NCBI GenBank assembly: GCA_902551735.1
Contig: CACDEK010000001.1
Location: 1 to 49,418, forward strand
From: an uncultured Pelagibacteraceae bacterium
GTDB taxonomy: Bacteria > Pseudomonadota > Alphaproteobacteria > Pelagibacterales > Pelagibacteraceae
Direction of reading: 5' to 3'
Length of the DNA stretch: 49,418 nucleotides
The first letter of the stretch is position 1. Every line of letters begins with the position of its first letter. Below the pieces are notes generated by a model that saw only the letters and a list, made by a program, of their open reading frames with translations, searched no databases and was not told the origin of the DNA. Both the position numbers and the translations under genes were made by a program. Positions 28,909-38,749 of this stretch are shown here, piece by piece.

Positions 28909-30529
28909 TGCTATCTCTTAAAATATATTTAGACGTAAGTAAAATAAAGAAACTCGCAATAATTATCAAACATAAAGAAGGAACAGCAGCAGCTTCCAAT
29001 AAATCCTCGGACGCAGAAATATATGCTGTTGTTGCAAAAGTCTCAAAATTAAAAGGTCTCAAAATTAGTGTAATTGGTAATTCCCTAATTATTTCTAATG
29101 AAATTAATATAATAACAAATAAAAGTGAATTCCTTAAATAAGGAATGTGAATATTTAAAAAAGTTTTACTCTTAGAATATCCAAGAAGATAAGCGCTCTC
29201 ATCAACGGCAATGTTCATTTTTTCATATCCTGATTTTATTCCATTAAAAGCTAATGAATAAAATCTTACAAAATAAACAACTACTAAACCTAAAACTGAG
29301 CCAATAAATATTTTTTTTATCGATAAAAATCCTAATGTTTTAATTATATTTTCATCGAACCATGCAACAAAGGTTATAAAAGCTATAGCAAGAATTACTC
29401 CTGGTATTGCATAACCAGAAATTGATAAAGTAGACAATACATTTAAAATTTTTTTATTCTCAACTCTATTTCCATAATTAGAAATTAAAGCAAAAAATAC
29501 TAAAACTAAACTTGATAAAGAAACTAGATATAAAGTATTTAACAAAAGATCTATTATTTCAAAGTTAATTAAATTTTCTGGAAATTTAATTGTCCAATAT
29601 AACATTTGGCTTAATGGAAATAGAAAACTTAAAAAAAATAAAATAAAACAAAAAATAAATGCAAAAAAAGATTTCCCTCCGTAAAGTTTAATTTTTTCTT
29701 TTTTTTTAAATCCACCTTTTATTTCCAAATGGTATTTAGCTTTTTTTCTAGATAAATTTTCAGTTAAAAATAATATAAAGATAAATAACAAAAGAAAAAA
29801 AGATATTCGGTTTGCAAATGCCAAATCATCAAAAGTTATCCATGCATTATAAATACCAGTAGTTAAAGTGTTTACAGAAAAAAAATCTACCGCTCCAAAT
29901 TCAGCCAATGTTTCCATGGCTACTAACGATAAACCAGCAACAATAGCTGGGCGTGCCGCAGGTAATATTATCGAATAAAAAGATTTAAATTTTGAAAAAC
30001 CAAGATTTTTACCTAATTCTATTAAATTTTGTGATTGATATAAAAATGATGATCTTGCAAGTATATATACATAAGCATAAAGAGAAAAAGAGATTGATAA
30101 TACCAGGCCAAGCATACCACTGAATTTTGGTATATGTTTGTTGTAATTACCATCACCAAATAAAAATTTTAAGATTGTAAATGCTGTTCCATAATTTTCA
30201 AAAAAAGCGAATAAAGAATAAGCATATATATAAGGAGGTACTGCAAAAGATAGTATTAGAGCCCATTTAAAAAAATTAGCACCTGGAAACTGATAAAAAG
30301 AAACTATATATGCTGATCCTACTCCTAAAACAAATGTTAAAAATAAAACACCAATCAAAAGAGTTATCGAATTGAATATATATTCAAAAAAAAAAGTTTT
30401 TTTTAGTATTTCAAAATATTGAGAAGTGTCTTCAAAAAAACTAGCAAAAACTGTTAATATTGGAATAACAACAACTAAAGAAATAGTAAAAGATGCTAAA
30501 TACCAAAAACTTAATTTTCCAGACCACAT
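28901..30529 (-). CDS. fbpB: Fe3+ ABC transporter permease
   Basis: Duplicated permease domains; PAIVAGLSLVAMETLAEFGAV and RELPITLILRPFNFETFA. Confidence 0.92.
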   Translation of the reverse strand: MWSGKLSFWYLASFTISLVVVIPILTVFASFFEDTSQYFEILKKTFFFEYIFNSITLLIGVLFLTFVLGVGSAYIVSFYQFPGANFFKWALILSFAVPPYIYAYSLFAFFENYGTAFTILKFLFGDGNYNKHIPKFSGMLGLVLSISFSLYAYVYILARSSFLYQSQNLIELGKNLGFSKFKSFYSIILPAARPAIVAGLSLVAMETLAEFGAVDFFSVNTLTTGIYNAWITFDDLAFANRISFFLLLFIFILFLTENLSRKKAKYHLEIKGGFKKKEKIKLYGGKSFFAFIFCFILFFLSFLFPLSQMLYWTIKFPENLINFEIIDLLLNTLYLVSLSSLVLVFFALISNYGNRVENKKILNVLSTLSISGYAIPGVILAIAFITFVAWFDENIIKTLGFLSIKKIFIGSVLGLVVVYFVRFYSLAFNGIKSGYEKMNIAVDESAYLLGYSKSKTFLNIHIPYLRNSLLFVIILISLEIIRELPITLILRPFNFETFATTAYISASEDLLEAAAVPSLCLIIIASFFILLTSKYILRDSNE

Positions 30530-30581
30530 TTTTTATAAATTTATACCAGTAAAGAGTTTTATGAAAGTATAATTAAATTTT

Positions 30582-30631
30582 AAAGTACCCGCATAAGAAA
30601 AGGGGGTAAACCTAATTTATACGAGTACTTT
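30582..30631 (-). terminator. Intercistronic hairpin (terminator/stabiliser-like) with a C-rich loop
   Basis: Minus-strand 15-bp stem AAAGUACUCGUAUAA/UUAUGCGGGUACUUU with two G-U pairs; 20-nt loop AUUAGGUUUACCCCCUUUUC. Confidence 0.6.
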
Positions 30632-30647
30632 TTAGTTACTAAAGGAA

Positions 30648-30815
30648 CTATTCTTTAATATTGAAAAGAGATAAAATTTCGTGGATTTCCTTTTTTTCAA
30701 TACTTGAAAGTTCTCTTCCATTTATCTTTTCATTAATTTTTTTACACTCCGATGAGCAAGGAAGGCAACAATCGGTAGAATTATTATAATCAATGTAAGA
30801 CAAATTTTGTTTCAT
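30648..30815 (-). CDS. 55-aa Cys-rich small protein (not in the ORF track)
   Basis: MKQNLSYIDYNNSTDCCLPCSSECKKINEKINGRELSSIEKKEIHEILSLFNIKE; starts 20 nt after the fbpA stop. Confidence 0.6.
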   Translation of the reverse strand: MKQNLSYIDYNNSTDCCLPCSSECKKINEKINGRELSSIEKKEIHEILSLFNIKE

Positions 30816-30835
30816 AGCTTTTATAACTACATGCT

Positions 30836-31861
30836 CTATTTCCAGCCTGCTGCAGTCATTACTTCTAATGCAGCTGCTTGATTTTTTCCGTAAGTAGAAA
30901 CTTTTGTTTTTAGATCTTGTTTAAAATCTAGTCCCAAATTGTTTACTACTAATGGACTTGGTGAAACACCAGCAATCATAGGAAACTCAAAAGTATTATT
31001 AGTAAAATGTTCTTGAGCTTCAGGTGACAATAAATAGTCAACAAGAGCAATAGCATTTGCTTTATTTGGAGCACCTTTAACTAGAGCAGCACAACTAATA
31101 TTCATGTGTGTTCCTCTACCATCTTGATTTGGAAAAAATGCTTTAACTTTTTTAGCAGCTTCTTGTTGTTCTGCACCTTTTTTACCAGATAGCATAAGAG
31201 CTAAATAATATGTGTTAGCTACAGCAATATCAGCTTCTCCAGCAGCTACAGCCATAATTTGAGCTCTGTCGTTTCCTTTAGAGTCTCTAGCCATGTTAGC
31301 AACAACTCCCTTTGCCCATTCTGCGGTAGCTTTTTTTCCATTATTCGCAATTAATGAAGCTACAAGAGATTTATTATAAATGTTGCTTGATTTTCTAATT
31401 ACCAATCTACCTTTCCATTTTGGATCAGCTAGACCTTCATAACTCATTCCAGATAATTCAGCACCAGTAACTCTTTCTGGTGAGTAGTAAATTATTCTTG
31501 CTCTTTTTGCTACTCCAACCCAGTGTGATGTTCTAAAGTTTTTTGGAACAGATGATTTAATTGTCGACGAAGTTAATCCACTTTGCGTCATACCTTTTGC
31601 TTGAAAAGCACCACATCTTCCAGCGTCAGCTGTAATGTAAAGGTCTGCAGAGGAGTCAGCGCCTTCTTCGATCATTCTTTTTTCTAAGGCTCCTGATTTA
31701 CCGTTAATTAAATTAACCTTAATTCCAGTCGCTGCTGTAAACTTTCCATAAAGTTCGGCATCAGCCTTATAGTGTCTTGCATTAAATATATTGACTTCGT
31801 TTGCCAAAAGAGTTGTTGCAAACAAAGAAATTAAAAATGCACTTATTGTTATTTTTCTCAT
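30836..31861 (-). CDS. fbpA: Fe3+ ABC transporter periplasmic binding protein (FbpA/FutA-type)
   Basis: Signal peptide, VNIFNARHY, SSNIYNKSL, NDRAQI, ANTYY iron-binding Tyr pair, GTHMNIS. Confidence 0.93.
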   Translation of the reverse strand: MRKITISAFLISLFATTLLANEVNIFNARHYKADAELYGKFTAATGIKVNLINGKSGALEKRMIEEGADSSADLYITADAGRCGAFQAKGMTQSGLTSSTIKSSVPKNFRTSHWVGVAKRARIIYYSPERVTGAELSGMSYEGLADPKWKGRLVIRKSSNIYNKSLVASLIANNGKKATAEWAKGVVANMARDSKGNDRAQIMAVAAGEADIAVANTYYLALMLSGKKGAEQQEAAKKVKAFFPNQDGRGTHMNISCAALVKGAPNKANAIALVDYLLSPEAQEHFTNNTFEFPMIAGVSPSPLVVNNLGLDFKQDLKTKVSTYGKNQAAALEVMTAAGWK

Positions 31862-31895
31862 TATTATTTATTCTTTCTATTGTTTTTTAAATGAA

Positions 31896-31930
31896 AATGA
31901 GAACTATTCTCAATGATATTGATTATCAAT
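31896..31930. promoter_or_regulatory. Two tandem Fur-type 7-1-7 boxes upstream of the iron ABC operon
   Basis: TGAGAAC-T-ATTCTCA (31898-31912) and TGATATT-G-ATTATCA (31914-31928), compared with the consensus TGATAAT-N-ATTATCA. Confidence 0.8.
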
Positions 31931-31962
31931 CGCACAGAATGTCGCAGTGCTTATTTTTTTTT

Positions 31963-32853
31963 CTAAAACTCCCATTCGGATATTTTGCTATAAAGGAAAT
32001 TTCTAAAAGACTGAACTCTAGCAACATTTCTTAAGGATTCTGGGTATACAAAATGAGCTTCTGTAATAGGACCTTCAATTTGAGGTAAAACTTTAACAAT
32101 ATTAGGTTGTTTAACAGTTAAATAATCTGGAAGAGCCGCTAAACCTACTCCACTTTGAACAGCTAATAGCAATCCATATACACTGTTAACTTTCATTGAT
32201 GTCTTTCTTTTTTTATTATCTCTCATTCCTAATTTTAAAGCCCAATCTGGATTGTAAACTGGAGATGGTGCCCCTTTTCCAAAAGAAATAAATTTATGTT
32301 TATCTAAATCTTTGATTGTTTTTGGATAACCATATTTTTCGAGGTACTTGGGTGATCCATAAATATGGTAATTTATGTCAATTAGCTTTTTTTGAATATA
32401 ATTTAATTTTTTAGGTCTTCTCATAAAAATACCAATATCAGCTTGTCTAGTGCTTAAATCTAACTCTTTGTCATCAAAAATTAACTCTACCTCAATTTCT
32501 GGATTTAGCTGCATAAACTCCTGGATTCTAGGTGTCAACCAGGTTGTTCCAAAGCTTATCACTGTTGTTACTGTTAATTTTCCACTTGGCTTATTTTTTT
32601 TGTCTCCTAATGTTGTTTCTACTTCTTTTAATTTACTAATAACATCGTGAGCAGTTTTATAAACGTATTCGCCATTTTCTGTTAAAGTTAAGCCTCTAGC
32701 ATGTCTTTCAAATAATTTAACTTTTAGCTCATCTTCTAAAGATTGAATTTGTCTACTAATTGCTGATTGACTAATATTTAGAATAACCGTTGCACTAGTA
32801 AAACTTCCAGCTTCAGCAACAGCATGAAATATTTTAAGTTTATCCCAATCCAT
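31963..32853 (-). CDS. LysR-family regulator, LsrB/VtlR-like
   Basis: MDWDKLKIFHAVAEAGSFT...SQSAISRQI...LFERHARGL HTH; C-terminus YPESLRNVARVQSFRNFL. Confidence 0.9.
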   Translation of the reverse strand: MDWDKLKIFHAVAEAGSFTSATVILNISQSAISRQIQSLEDELKVKLFERHARGLTLTENGEYVYKTAHDVISKLKEVETTLGDKKNKPSGKLTVTTVISFGTTWLTPRIQEFMQLNPEIEVELIFDDKELDLSTRQADIGIFMRRPKKLNYIQKKLIDINYHIYGSPKYLEKYGYPKTIKDLDKHKFISFGKGAPSPVYNPDWALKLGMRDNKKRKTSMKVNSVYGLLLAVQSGVGLAALPDYLTVKQPNIVKVLPQIEGPITEAHFVYPESLRNVARVQSFRNFLYSKISEWEF

Positions 32854-32855
32854 TA

Positions 32856-33857
32856 TTATTTATTAACATCTACCACTATTCTTCCAGATGTTTGGCCTTT
32901 TAACATATTGGGAAATATGTTTAGAAGTTCTTCCATTGATATAACTTTTACTGTTTCATTTAAAATATTAAAATCAATTAAACTTGGAACTTGACTCCAA
33001 ACAAATTCTCTTCTTTTGACACTTACTGCAACTGAATCAATTCCCCAAAGCTTAACTCCTCTTAAAATAAAGGGCATCACATTTGTATTTAATTTAATTC
33101 CTCCTGCATTACCGCAAGCTGCAACAATTCCAGAATGTTTAGTTTGTGAAATAGCATGGGCTAAAATATTTCCTCCAACAGTATCTACTACTCCATCCCA
33201 AATACCTTTGCCTAATAATTTAGGCTCTTCTTCAAATTCTTTTCGATCTATTATGTTTGATGCGCCTAACTTTTTTAATGTTTCTGCTTGATCAGGTTTA
33301 CCTGTTGCAGCAGTAACATTATAACCTAATTTAGATAAAACCATTATAGCAACATTTCCAACACCTCCTGTTGCACCAGTAACTAAAACTTCTTTTACTT
33401 TTTCTCCTAATAAAATTTCTTCCCGTGCTTTAATAGCGAAAGCACACAATAAAGCTGTGAACCCTGCTGTTCCAATTATCATCGCTTGCTTAGTTGAAAC
33501 ACCTTTTGGAGCTTTAACTAAAAAATCTTTTTTAACTTTAGCATACTGGGAATAACCACCATGTGAAATTTCTCCTACTCTACAACCTGTTATTATAACT
33601 TCCTCATCTTTTTTAAAATTATCAGTATTACTTTCAACAACTTTTCCTGAAAAATCTATTCCTGGTATTCTTGGAAACTCTTTTACAAGTTTTCCTCCAT
33701 TTTTTAATATTAGTGCATCTTTGTAATTTAAGTCTGAATAATCTACTTTTACTAAAACGTCGCCTTCTCCTAAAAAGTTTTTATCTACTTCTTTAATTTC
33801 TCTTGAGAAACTTTCTCCTTCTTGATTAATTACTATAGCTTTAAATTTATCTGCCAT
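32856..33857 (-). CDS. acuI: Acrylyl-CoA reductase AcuI/YhdH-family MDR oxidoreductase
   Basis: YSDLNYKDAL, PGIDFSG, AMIIGTAGFTA, VTGATGGVG, PFILRGVKLWGIDS. Confidence 0.85.
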   Translation of the reverse strand: MADKFKAIVINQEGESFSREIKEVDKNFLGEGDVLVKVDYSDLNYKDALILKNGGKLVKEFPRIPGIDFSGKVVESNTDNFKKDEEVIITGCRVGEISHGGYSQYAKVKKDFLVKAPKGVSTKQAMIIGTAGFTALLCAFAIKAREEILLGEKVKEVLVTGATGGVGNVAIMVLSKLGYNVTAATGKPDQAETLKKLGASNIIDRKEFEEEPKLLGKGIWDGVVDTVGGNILAHAISQTKHSGIVAACGNAGGIKLNTNVMPFILRGVKLWGIDSVAVSVKRREFVWSQVPSLIDFNILNETVKVISMEELLNIFPNMLKGQTSGRIVVDVNK

Positions 33858-33877
33858 ATAAGAATTATATTAAAGAT

Positions 33878-34483
33878 TTATTTACTAATAAATCTTAAAT
33901 ATCTGTTTTGATAACTTAAATCGTCTTTAAATTTACCTAAATAATAATTTGTGACAGTTGTTGCCTGTTCTTTTTTAATTCCTCTTGTTGTCATACATTG
34001 ATGGGTTGCATCAATCGATACGGCTACTCCCTTAGCATCTAGGCCTTCCATTAAGGTATTAGCAATTTGCATTGTTAATCTTTCTTGAGTTTGAAGTCTT
34101 TTTGAGAAAACGTCTACAACTCTTGCGAGTTTGCTTAACCCAACTACTCTTTCTTTAGGTATATAAGCTACATGTGCTACTCCAATAATTGGAGCCATAT
34201 GATGTTCGCAATGACTTTGTACTGAAATATTTTTTTGAATAACCATGTCATCATAGCCATGTACATCACCAAATGTTTTTTCTAAAATTTTATTTGGATC
34301 TTCTCCATAGCCTTTAAAATATTCTCTATATGCTTTTATCAATCTTTTTGGGGTAGATTTAAGCCCTTCTCTTGAAGGATTTTCCCCTATCCATTCAATA
34401 ATTTTAGCAAAAGCTTCTTCTGCTTCTTTGTCGGAAATACTATTATTTATGTTCTTTTGATTTTCATTTTTTACTAATTTCAT
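33878..34483 (-). CDS. folE: GTP cyclohydrolase I
   Basis: REGLKSTPKR, SHCEHH, GLSKLAR, RLQTQERLT, HQCMTTRG. Confidence 0.97.
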   Translation of the reverse strand: MKLVKNENQKNINNSISDKEAEEAFAKIIEWIGENPSREGLKSTPKRLIKAYREYFKGYGEDPNKILEKTFGDVHGYDDMVIQKNISVQSHCEHHMAPIIGVAHVAYIPKERVVGLSKLARVVDVFSKRLQTQERLTMQIANTLMEGLDAKGVAVSIDATHQCMTTRGIKKEQATTVTNYYLGKFKDDLSYQNRYLRFISK

Positions 34484-34561
34484 GTGCTTGGTTATACAGA
34501 TAAAACATCATTTTTAAAATATTTATTATATTCATATATATGTTACATAATTACACATGCT

Positions 34562-35029
34562 ATGTTTAAAAAAAGAGAAAATATCGCTGAAATAGAAGAA
34601 GGAAATTTACTTTCTCCAAAGTTTGATAATGATGGGTTAATACCTGTTATCACAATGTGTTCTAAAACAAAGGAAATTTTAATGCATGGGTATATGAATG
34701 TTGAGGCTCTTAAAAAAACTATTGAAACTAAAGAAGCTCACTATTGGAGTAGATCTAGAAAAGAAATATGGCACAAAGGAAAGACAAGCGGCTTTATTCA
34801 AAAAGTTAAAGAAATTAGAATTGATGACGATCAAGATTCATTATGGTTGACAGTTGATATTGGAGACGGATCAAGTTGTCATGTAGGTTATAGATCCTGT
34901 TTTTATAGATCGGTTCCCCTTGGTAAAATTGATAATGGAAGAAAAATAGAAATGAAGTTTGAAGAAAAAGGAAAAAAATTTGATCCTGATAAAGTTTACA
35001 AAGGACAGCCAAACCCAACTAAAATATAA
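34562..35029 (+). CDS. hisI: Phosphoribosyl-AMP cyclohydrolase
   Basis: YWSRSRKEIWHKGKTSG, DDDQD, SCHVGYRSCFY. Likely start at ATG 34562. Confidence 0.95.
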   Translation: MFKKRENIAEIEEGNLLSPKFDNDGLIPVITMCSKTKEILMHGYMNVEALKKTIETKEAHYWSRSRKEIWHKGKTSGFIQKVKEIRIDDDQDSLWLTVDIGDGSSCHVGYRSCFYRSVPLGKIDNGRKIEMKFEEKGKKFDPDKVYKGQPNPTKI

Positions 35030-35403
35030 TGAGCGAAAAACAAAAAAATGTTCTTAATGAAGATCTTGAAGAATGTTCTTTAGATCCATTAACAGGATGG
35101 TTTAGAGATGGTTGTTGTAATACAGATGAAAATGATCGTGGACTTCATACAGTTTGTGTGAAAGTTAATAATGATTTTTTAGAATGGTGTAAACAAGCTG
35201 GCAATGATTTAATTACTCCACATCCTGAGTTTGGTTTTCCCGGTTTAAAAGATGGTGATAACTGGTGCGTATGTGCATCATGGGTTGCAAGAGCAATAGA
35301 GTCTGGAAAAGGATGTTCTATTTATTTAAAAAAGACTCACAAAAATACTTTAAAACTTGTTCCAATTGAAACTTTAAAAAAGTTTGCAATAGATCTTTCC
35401 TAG
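35029..35403 (+). CDS. DUF2237-family protein
   Basis: CSLDPLTGWFRDGCC, GLHTVC, GNDLITP, FPGLKDGDNWCVCA. Confidence 0.9.
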   Translation: MSEKQKNVLNEDLEECSLDPLTGWFRDGCCNTDENDRGLHTVCVKVNNDFLEWCKQAGNDLITPHPEFGFPGLKDGDNWCVCASWVARAIESGKGCSIYLKKTHKNTLKLVPIETLKKFAIDLS

Positions 35404-37023
35404 TTACATATTTCCGTATTTAGGACCTCCCCCACCTTCAGGGGTAACCCAAGTTATATTTTGAGAAGGTTCTTTAATATCGCAAGTTTTGCAATGAATA
35501 CAATTTTGAGAATTTATTATGAATTTAGGTAAATTTTTTTCTATTTGCACTTCATACACACCTACAGGACAATATCTTTGTGCAGGTTCATCAAATTTTT
35601 CTAAAGTATAATTAATTGGTAAATTAGTGTCTTTTAATTGAAGGTGTACAGGTTGGTTTTCCACATGATTTGTTCCTGTTAAATAAACAGAACTTGTTTT
35701 ATCGAAAGTAATAATATTATCTGGTTTTGGATATTCAATTTTTTTTGTTTTATTTGCAGGTAATAATGTTTGGTGATCTGCATGTTTGTGTTTAAGTGTA
35801 AAAGGCAATTTACCTCGAAATAATATTTGATCCAAACCTGTAAATAAAATTCCTAAAATTAATCCCCAGTTAAAACTTGGTTTTACATTTCTTGCAATAT
35901 ATAACTCTTTATAAACCCAGCTGTTCTTAAATTTTTCTTCATAGCTTGATAAAGTTTTTTTATCTTTTATATGTTCAAAAATAGTTTCTGCAGCAATCAT
36001 TCCACTTTTCATAGCTGTATGGGACCCTTTAATTTTTGGCATATTTAATGTTCCAGCATCACAACCAACAAGTAATGCTCCAGGCATATACATTTTCGGT
36101 AAACTTTGAATACCACCTTCAATTAAAGCTCTTGCTCCATATGAAATTCTTTTTCCACCTTCAATAATTTTTTTAATTTGTGGGTGAGTTTTAAATCTCT
36201 GAAATTCGTCAAAAGGTGATAAATGCGGGTTTTTGTAATCTAATCCGATAACATAACCTAAAAAAATCTGCTTATTTTCAGCATGATACATAAAACTTCC
36301 ACCATAAGTATCATTGCTCATTGGCCATCCAACCGTATGCATAACTAGACCTTCTTGGTGTTTTTTTTCATCAACTTCCCATATTTCTTTAAAACCTATA
36401 CCATATTGTTGTGGGCTTTTTCCTTTATCTAAGTTAAATTTTTTTATTAATTGTTTTCCTAGATGACCTCTACAACCTTCGGCAAAGACAGTAACTTTTG
36501 CATGTAGATCAATACCGGACTCGAAGCTATCTTTTTTATTTCCTGCTTTATCAATTCCCATATCTTGAGTAGCTACACCTTTTACGGAGCCATCTTCATT
36601 ATACAGAATTTCACTCGCAGGAAATCCTGGAAATATTTCTACACCTAATCCTTCAGCTTGCTCAGCTAACCATCTACACAAATTAGCAAGGCTAATAATG
36701 TAATTATTATGATTTTTTTGTACTGAAGGTAATAACCATGTAGGCCAGCTCAAAGACTGTTTTTTACCTAAAAATAAAAATTTCTCTTTTGAAACTTTTG
36801 TCTTTACTGGTGCATTTAATTCTTTCCAATTTGGCAAAAGTTCATCCAATGCTTTAGTTTCAAAAACATTTCCTGATATTATATGAGCTCCTATCTCTGA
36901 TGCTTTTTCGAGTAAACAAACATTTAAATTTGAATTTAATTGTTTAAGTTTAATAGCTGTAGATAAACCTGAGGGTCCACCCCCAACGATTACCACATCG
37001 TATTCCATTGTTTCTCTGGACAT
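35404..37023 (-). CDS. ETF-ubiquinone oxidoreductase
   Basis: GGGPSG, AEGCRGHL, KIKGSHTAMKSG, RYCPVGVYE...NCIHCKTCDIK 4Fe-4S motif. Confidence 0.96.
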   Translation of the reverse strand: MSRETMEYDVVIVGGGPSGLSTAIKLKQLNSNLNVCLLEKASEIGAHIISGNVFETKALDELLPNWKELNAPVKTKVSKEKFLFLGKKQSLSWPTWLLPSVQKNHNNYIISLANLCRWLAEQAEGLGVEIFPGFPASEILYNEDGSVKGVATQDMGIDKAGNKKDSFESGIDLHAKVTVFAEGCRGHLGKQLIKKFNLDKGKSPQQYGIGFKEIWEVDEKKHQEGLVMHTVGWPMSNDTYGGSFMYHAENKQIFLGYVIGLDYKNPHLSPFDEFQRFKTHPQIKKIIEGGKRISYGARALIEGGIQSLPKMYMPGALLVGCDAGTLNMPKIKGSHTAMKSGMIAAETIFEHIKDKKTLSSYEEKFKNSWVYKELYIARNVKPSFNWGLILGILFTGLDQILFRGKLPFTLKHKHADHQTLLPANKTKKIEYPKPDNIITFDKTSSVYLTGTNHVENQPVHLQLKDTNLPINYTLEKFDEPAQRYCPVGVYEVQIEKNLPKFIINSQNCIHCKTCDIKEPSQNITWVTPEGGGGPKYGNM

Positions 37024-37046
37024 AACCTATTTTTTTACAGTATTTG

Positions 37047-38000
37047 TTATTTTTGTATAGTATTTAATTTATTTAATTCTTCTAAGAATTGAGGAAGAGC
37101 TTCAAACAAATCTGCTTCTAAACCATAGTCAGCAACACTAAATATTGGCGCTTCTCCATCTTTGTTTATCGCCACTATTATTTTGCTTTCTTTCATGCCA
37201 GCTAAATGTTGAATAGCTCCAGATATTCCAACCGCAATATATAAATCTGGCACGACTACTTTTCCAGTTTGCCCAACCTGATGATCATTTGTGATATATC
37301 CAGCATCAACAGCAGCTCTAGAAGCTCCAATCGCTGCATTTAATTTATCGGCTATAGCCGTAATTAGTTTAAAATTTTCTCCACTCTGCATTCCTCTCCC
37401 GCCTGAAATTACTATTCTAGCAGTTCCAAGTTCTGGTCTATCTGATTTAACTTCTTCTCTTTTAATAAATTTAGTTAATGTTGTAGCTTCACTGCTTTCA
37501 CTATTAACTATTTCAGCTGATCCTCCTGTTGTAGGAGCTGGATCAAATGAAGTAGGTCTAATTGTAATACATTTTTTTTTGTCATTACTTTTAACTGTTG
37601 CAAATGCATTACCTGCATAGATAGGTCTTAAAAAAGTATCTTGTGATATAACTTTTATTATGTCACTCACTTGAGAAGTGTCTAATAAAGCTGCAACCCT
37701 TGGCATTAAATTTTTCCCAAATGTATTTGCCGAACAAACTATATGGGAGTAGTTTTCTGATAATTTAATTATAACTGGTGTGTAATTTTCTGCTAAAAAA
37801 TTTTCATAAATTGCGTTATCTACTTGAATTACTTTTTTTACATTTGGTACTTCAGAAATAGATTTGGATACTGCATTAATTTCTTTTCCAATAACTAAAA
37901 CGTGAAGATCTTGATCTATCTGAGAAGCTGCAGTAATTGCGTTTAAGGTAAATGGCCTTATTTCCTTGTTATTATGCTCTGCTATCAATAATACAGACAT
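37047..38000 (-). CDS. etfA: Electron transfer flavoprotein alpha subunit
   Basis: SGGRG, GASRAAVDAG, QVGQTGK, LYIAVGISGAIQHLAGM. Confidence 0.97.
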   Translation of the reverse strand: MSVLLIAEHNNKEIRPFTLNAITAASQIDQDLHVLVIGKEINAVSKSISEVPNVKKVIQVDNAIYENFLAENYTPVIIKLSENYSHIVCSANTFGKNLMPRVAALLDTSQVSDIIKVISQDTFLRPIYAGNAFATVKSNDKKKCITIRPTSFDPAPTTGGSAEIVNSESSEATTLTKFIKREEVKSDRPELGTARIVISGGRGMQSGENFKLITAIADKLNAAIGASRAAVDAGYITNDHQVGQTGKVVVPDLYIAVGISGAIQHLAGMKESKIIVAINKDGEAPIFSVADYGLEADLFEALPQFLEELNKLNTIQK

Positions 38001-38749
38001 TATATTACCTTTGCTTCATTTTTTAATTTTTGAACCAATTCAGCTACGCTAGATACTTTAATACCTGCTTTCCTTTTTGGTGGTTCTTCAACTTTAATTT
38101 GTTCTATTCTTTGCTTTGTATCAATTCCCAAGTCAGCTGCATTAATTTGTTCTAGTGGTTTTTTCTTTGCCTTCATTATATTTGGTAATGATGCGTATCT
38201 TGGTTCGTTTAATCTTAAATCACATGTTACAATTGCAGGAATATTTACCTCAATAGTTTCTAGACCTTCATCCACTTCTCTTGTAACTTCTAATAGCTTA
38301 TCTTTAACTTCTACTTTTGAAGCAAAAGTAGCCTGAGGCCAATTTAAATGTGCTGCCAGCATTTGACCTGTTTGATTACAATCGTCATCAATCGCCTGTT
38401 TACCCATAAAAACTAAGTCTGGTTTTTCTTTATCTACAATTTTTTGTAAAATTTTCGAAACTGCTAGTGGTTCAATTATTCCATCAACCTTTACATGTAT
38501 ACCTCTGTCTACACCAACTGCTAAAGCTTTTCTTACTGTCTCCTGCGCTTTGTCCTCGCCCACTGTAACTGCAACTATTTCATTTGCCTTACCAGCTTCT
38601 TTAATTTTTACTGCTTCTTCAACAGCATTATCATCTGGAGGATTGGTTGACATTTTAACATTTTCAGTAACAACACCCGTTCCATCTTCTTTAACTCTGA
38701 CTTGAACGTTGTAATCAATAACTCTTTTAACTGCTACTAATATTTTCAT
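38000..38749 (-). CDS. etfB: Electron transfer flavoprotein beta subunit
   Basis: [39 protein letters not shown]. Confidence 0.97.
   Translation of the reverse strand: MKILVAVKRVIDYNVQVRVKEDGTGVVTENVKMSTNPPDDNAVEEAVKIKEAGKANEIVAVTVGEDKAQETVRKALAVGVDRGIHVKVDGIIEPLAVSKILQKIVDKEKPDLVFMGKQAIDDDCNQTGQMLAAHLNWPQATFASKVEVKDKLLEVTREVDEGLETIEVNIPAIVTCDLRLNEPRYASLPNIMKAKKKPLEQINAADLGIDTKQRIEQIKVEEPPKRKAGIKVSSVAELVQKLKNEAKVI

Noticed and set aside
31929-31946. RegA/PrrA-like site TGCGACATTCTGTGCGA (minus strand) near the iron promoter
   Set aside because: Only one half-site matches GCGNC...GNCGC well; too weak to call.
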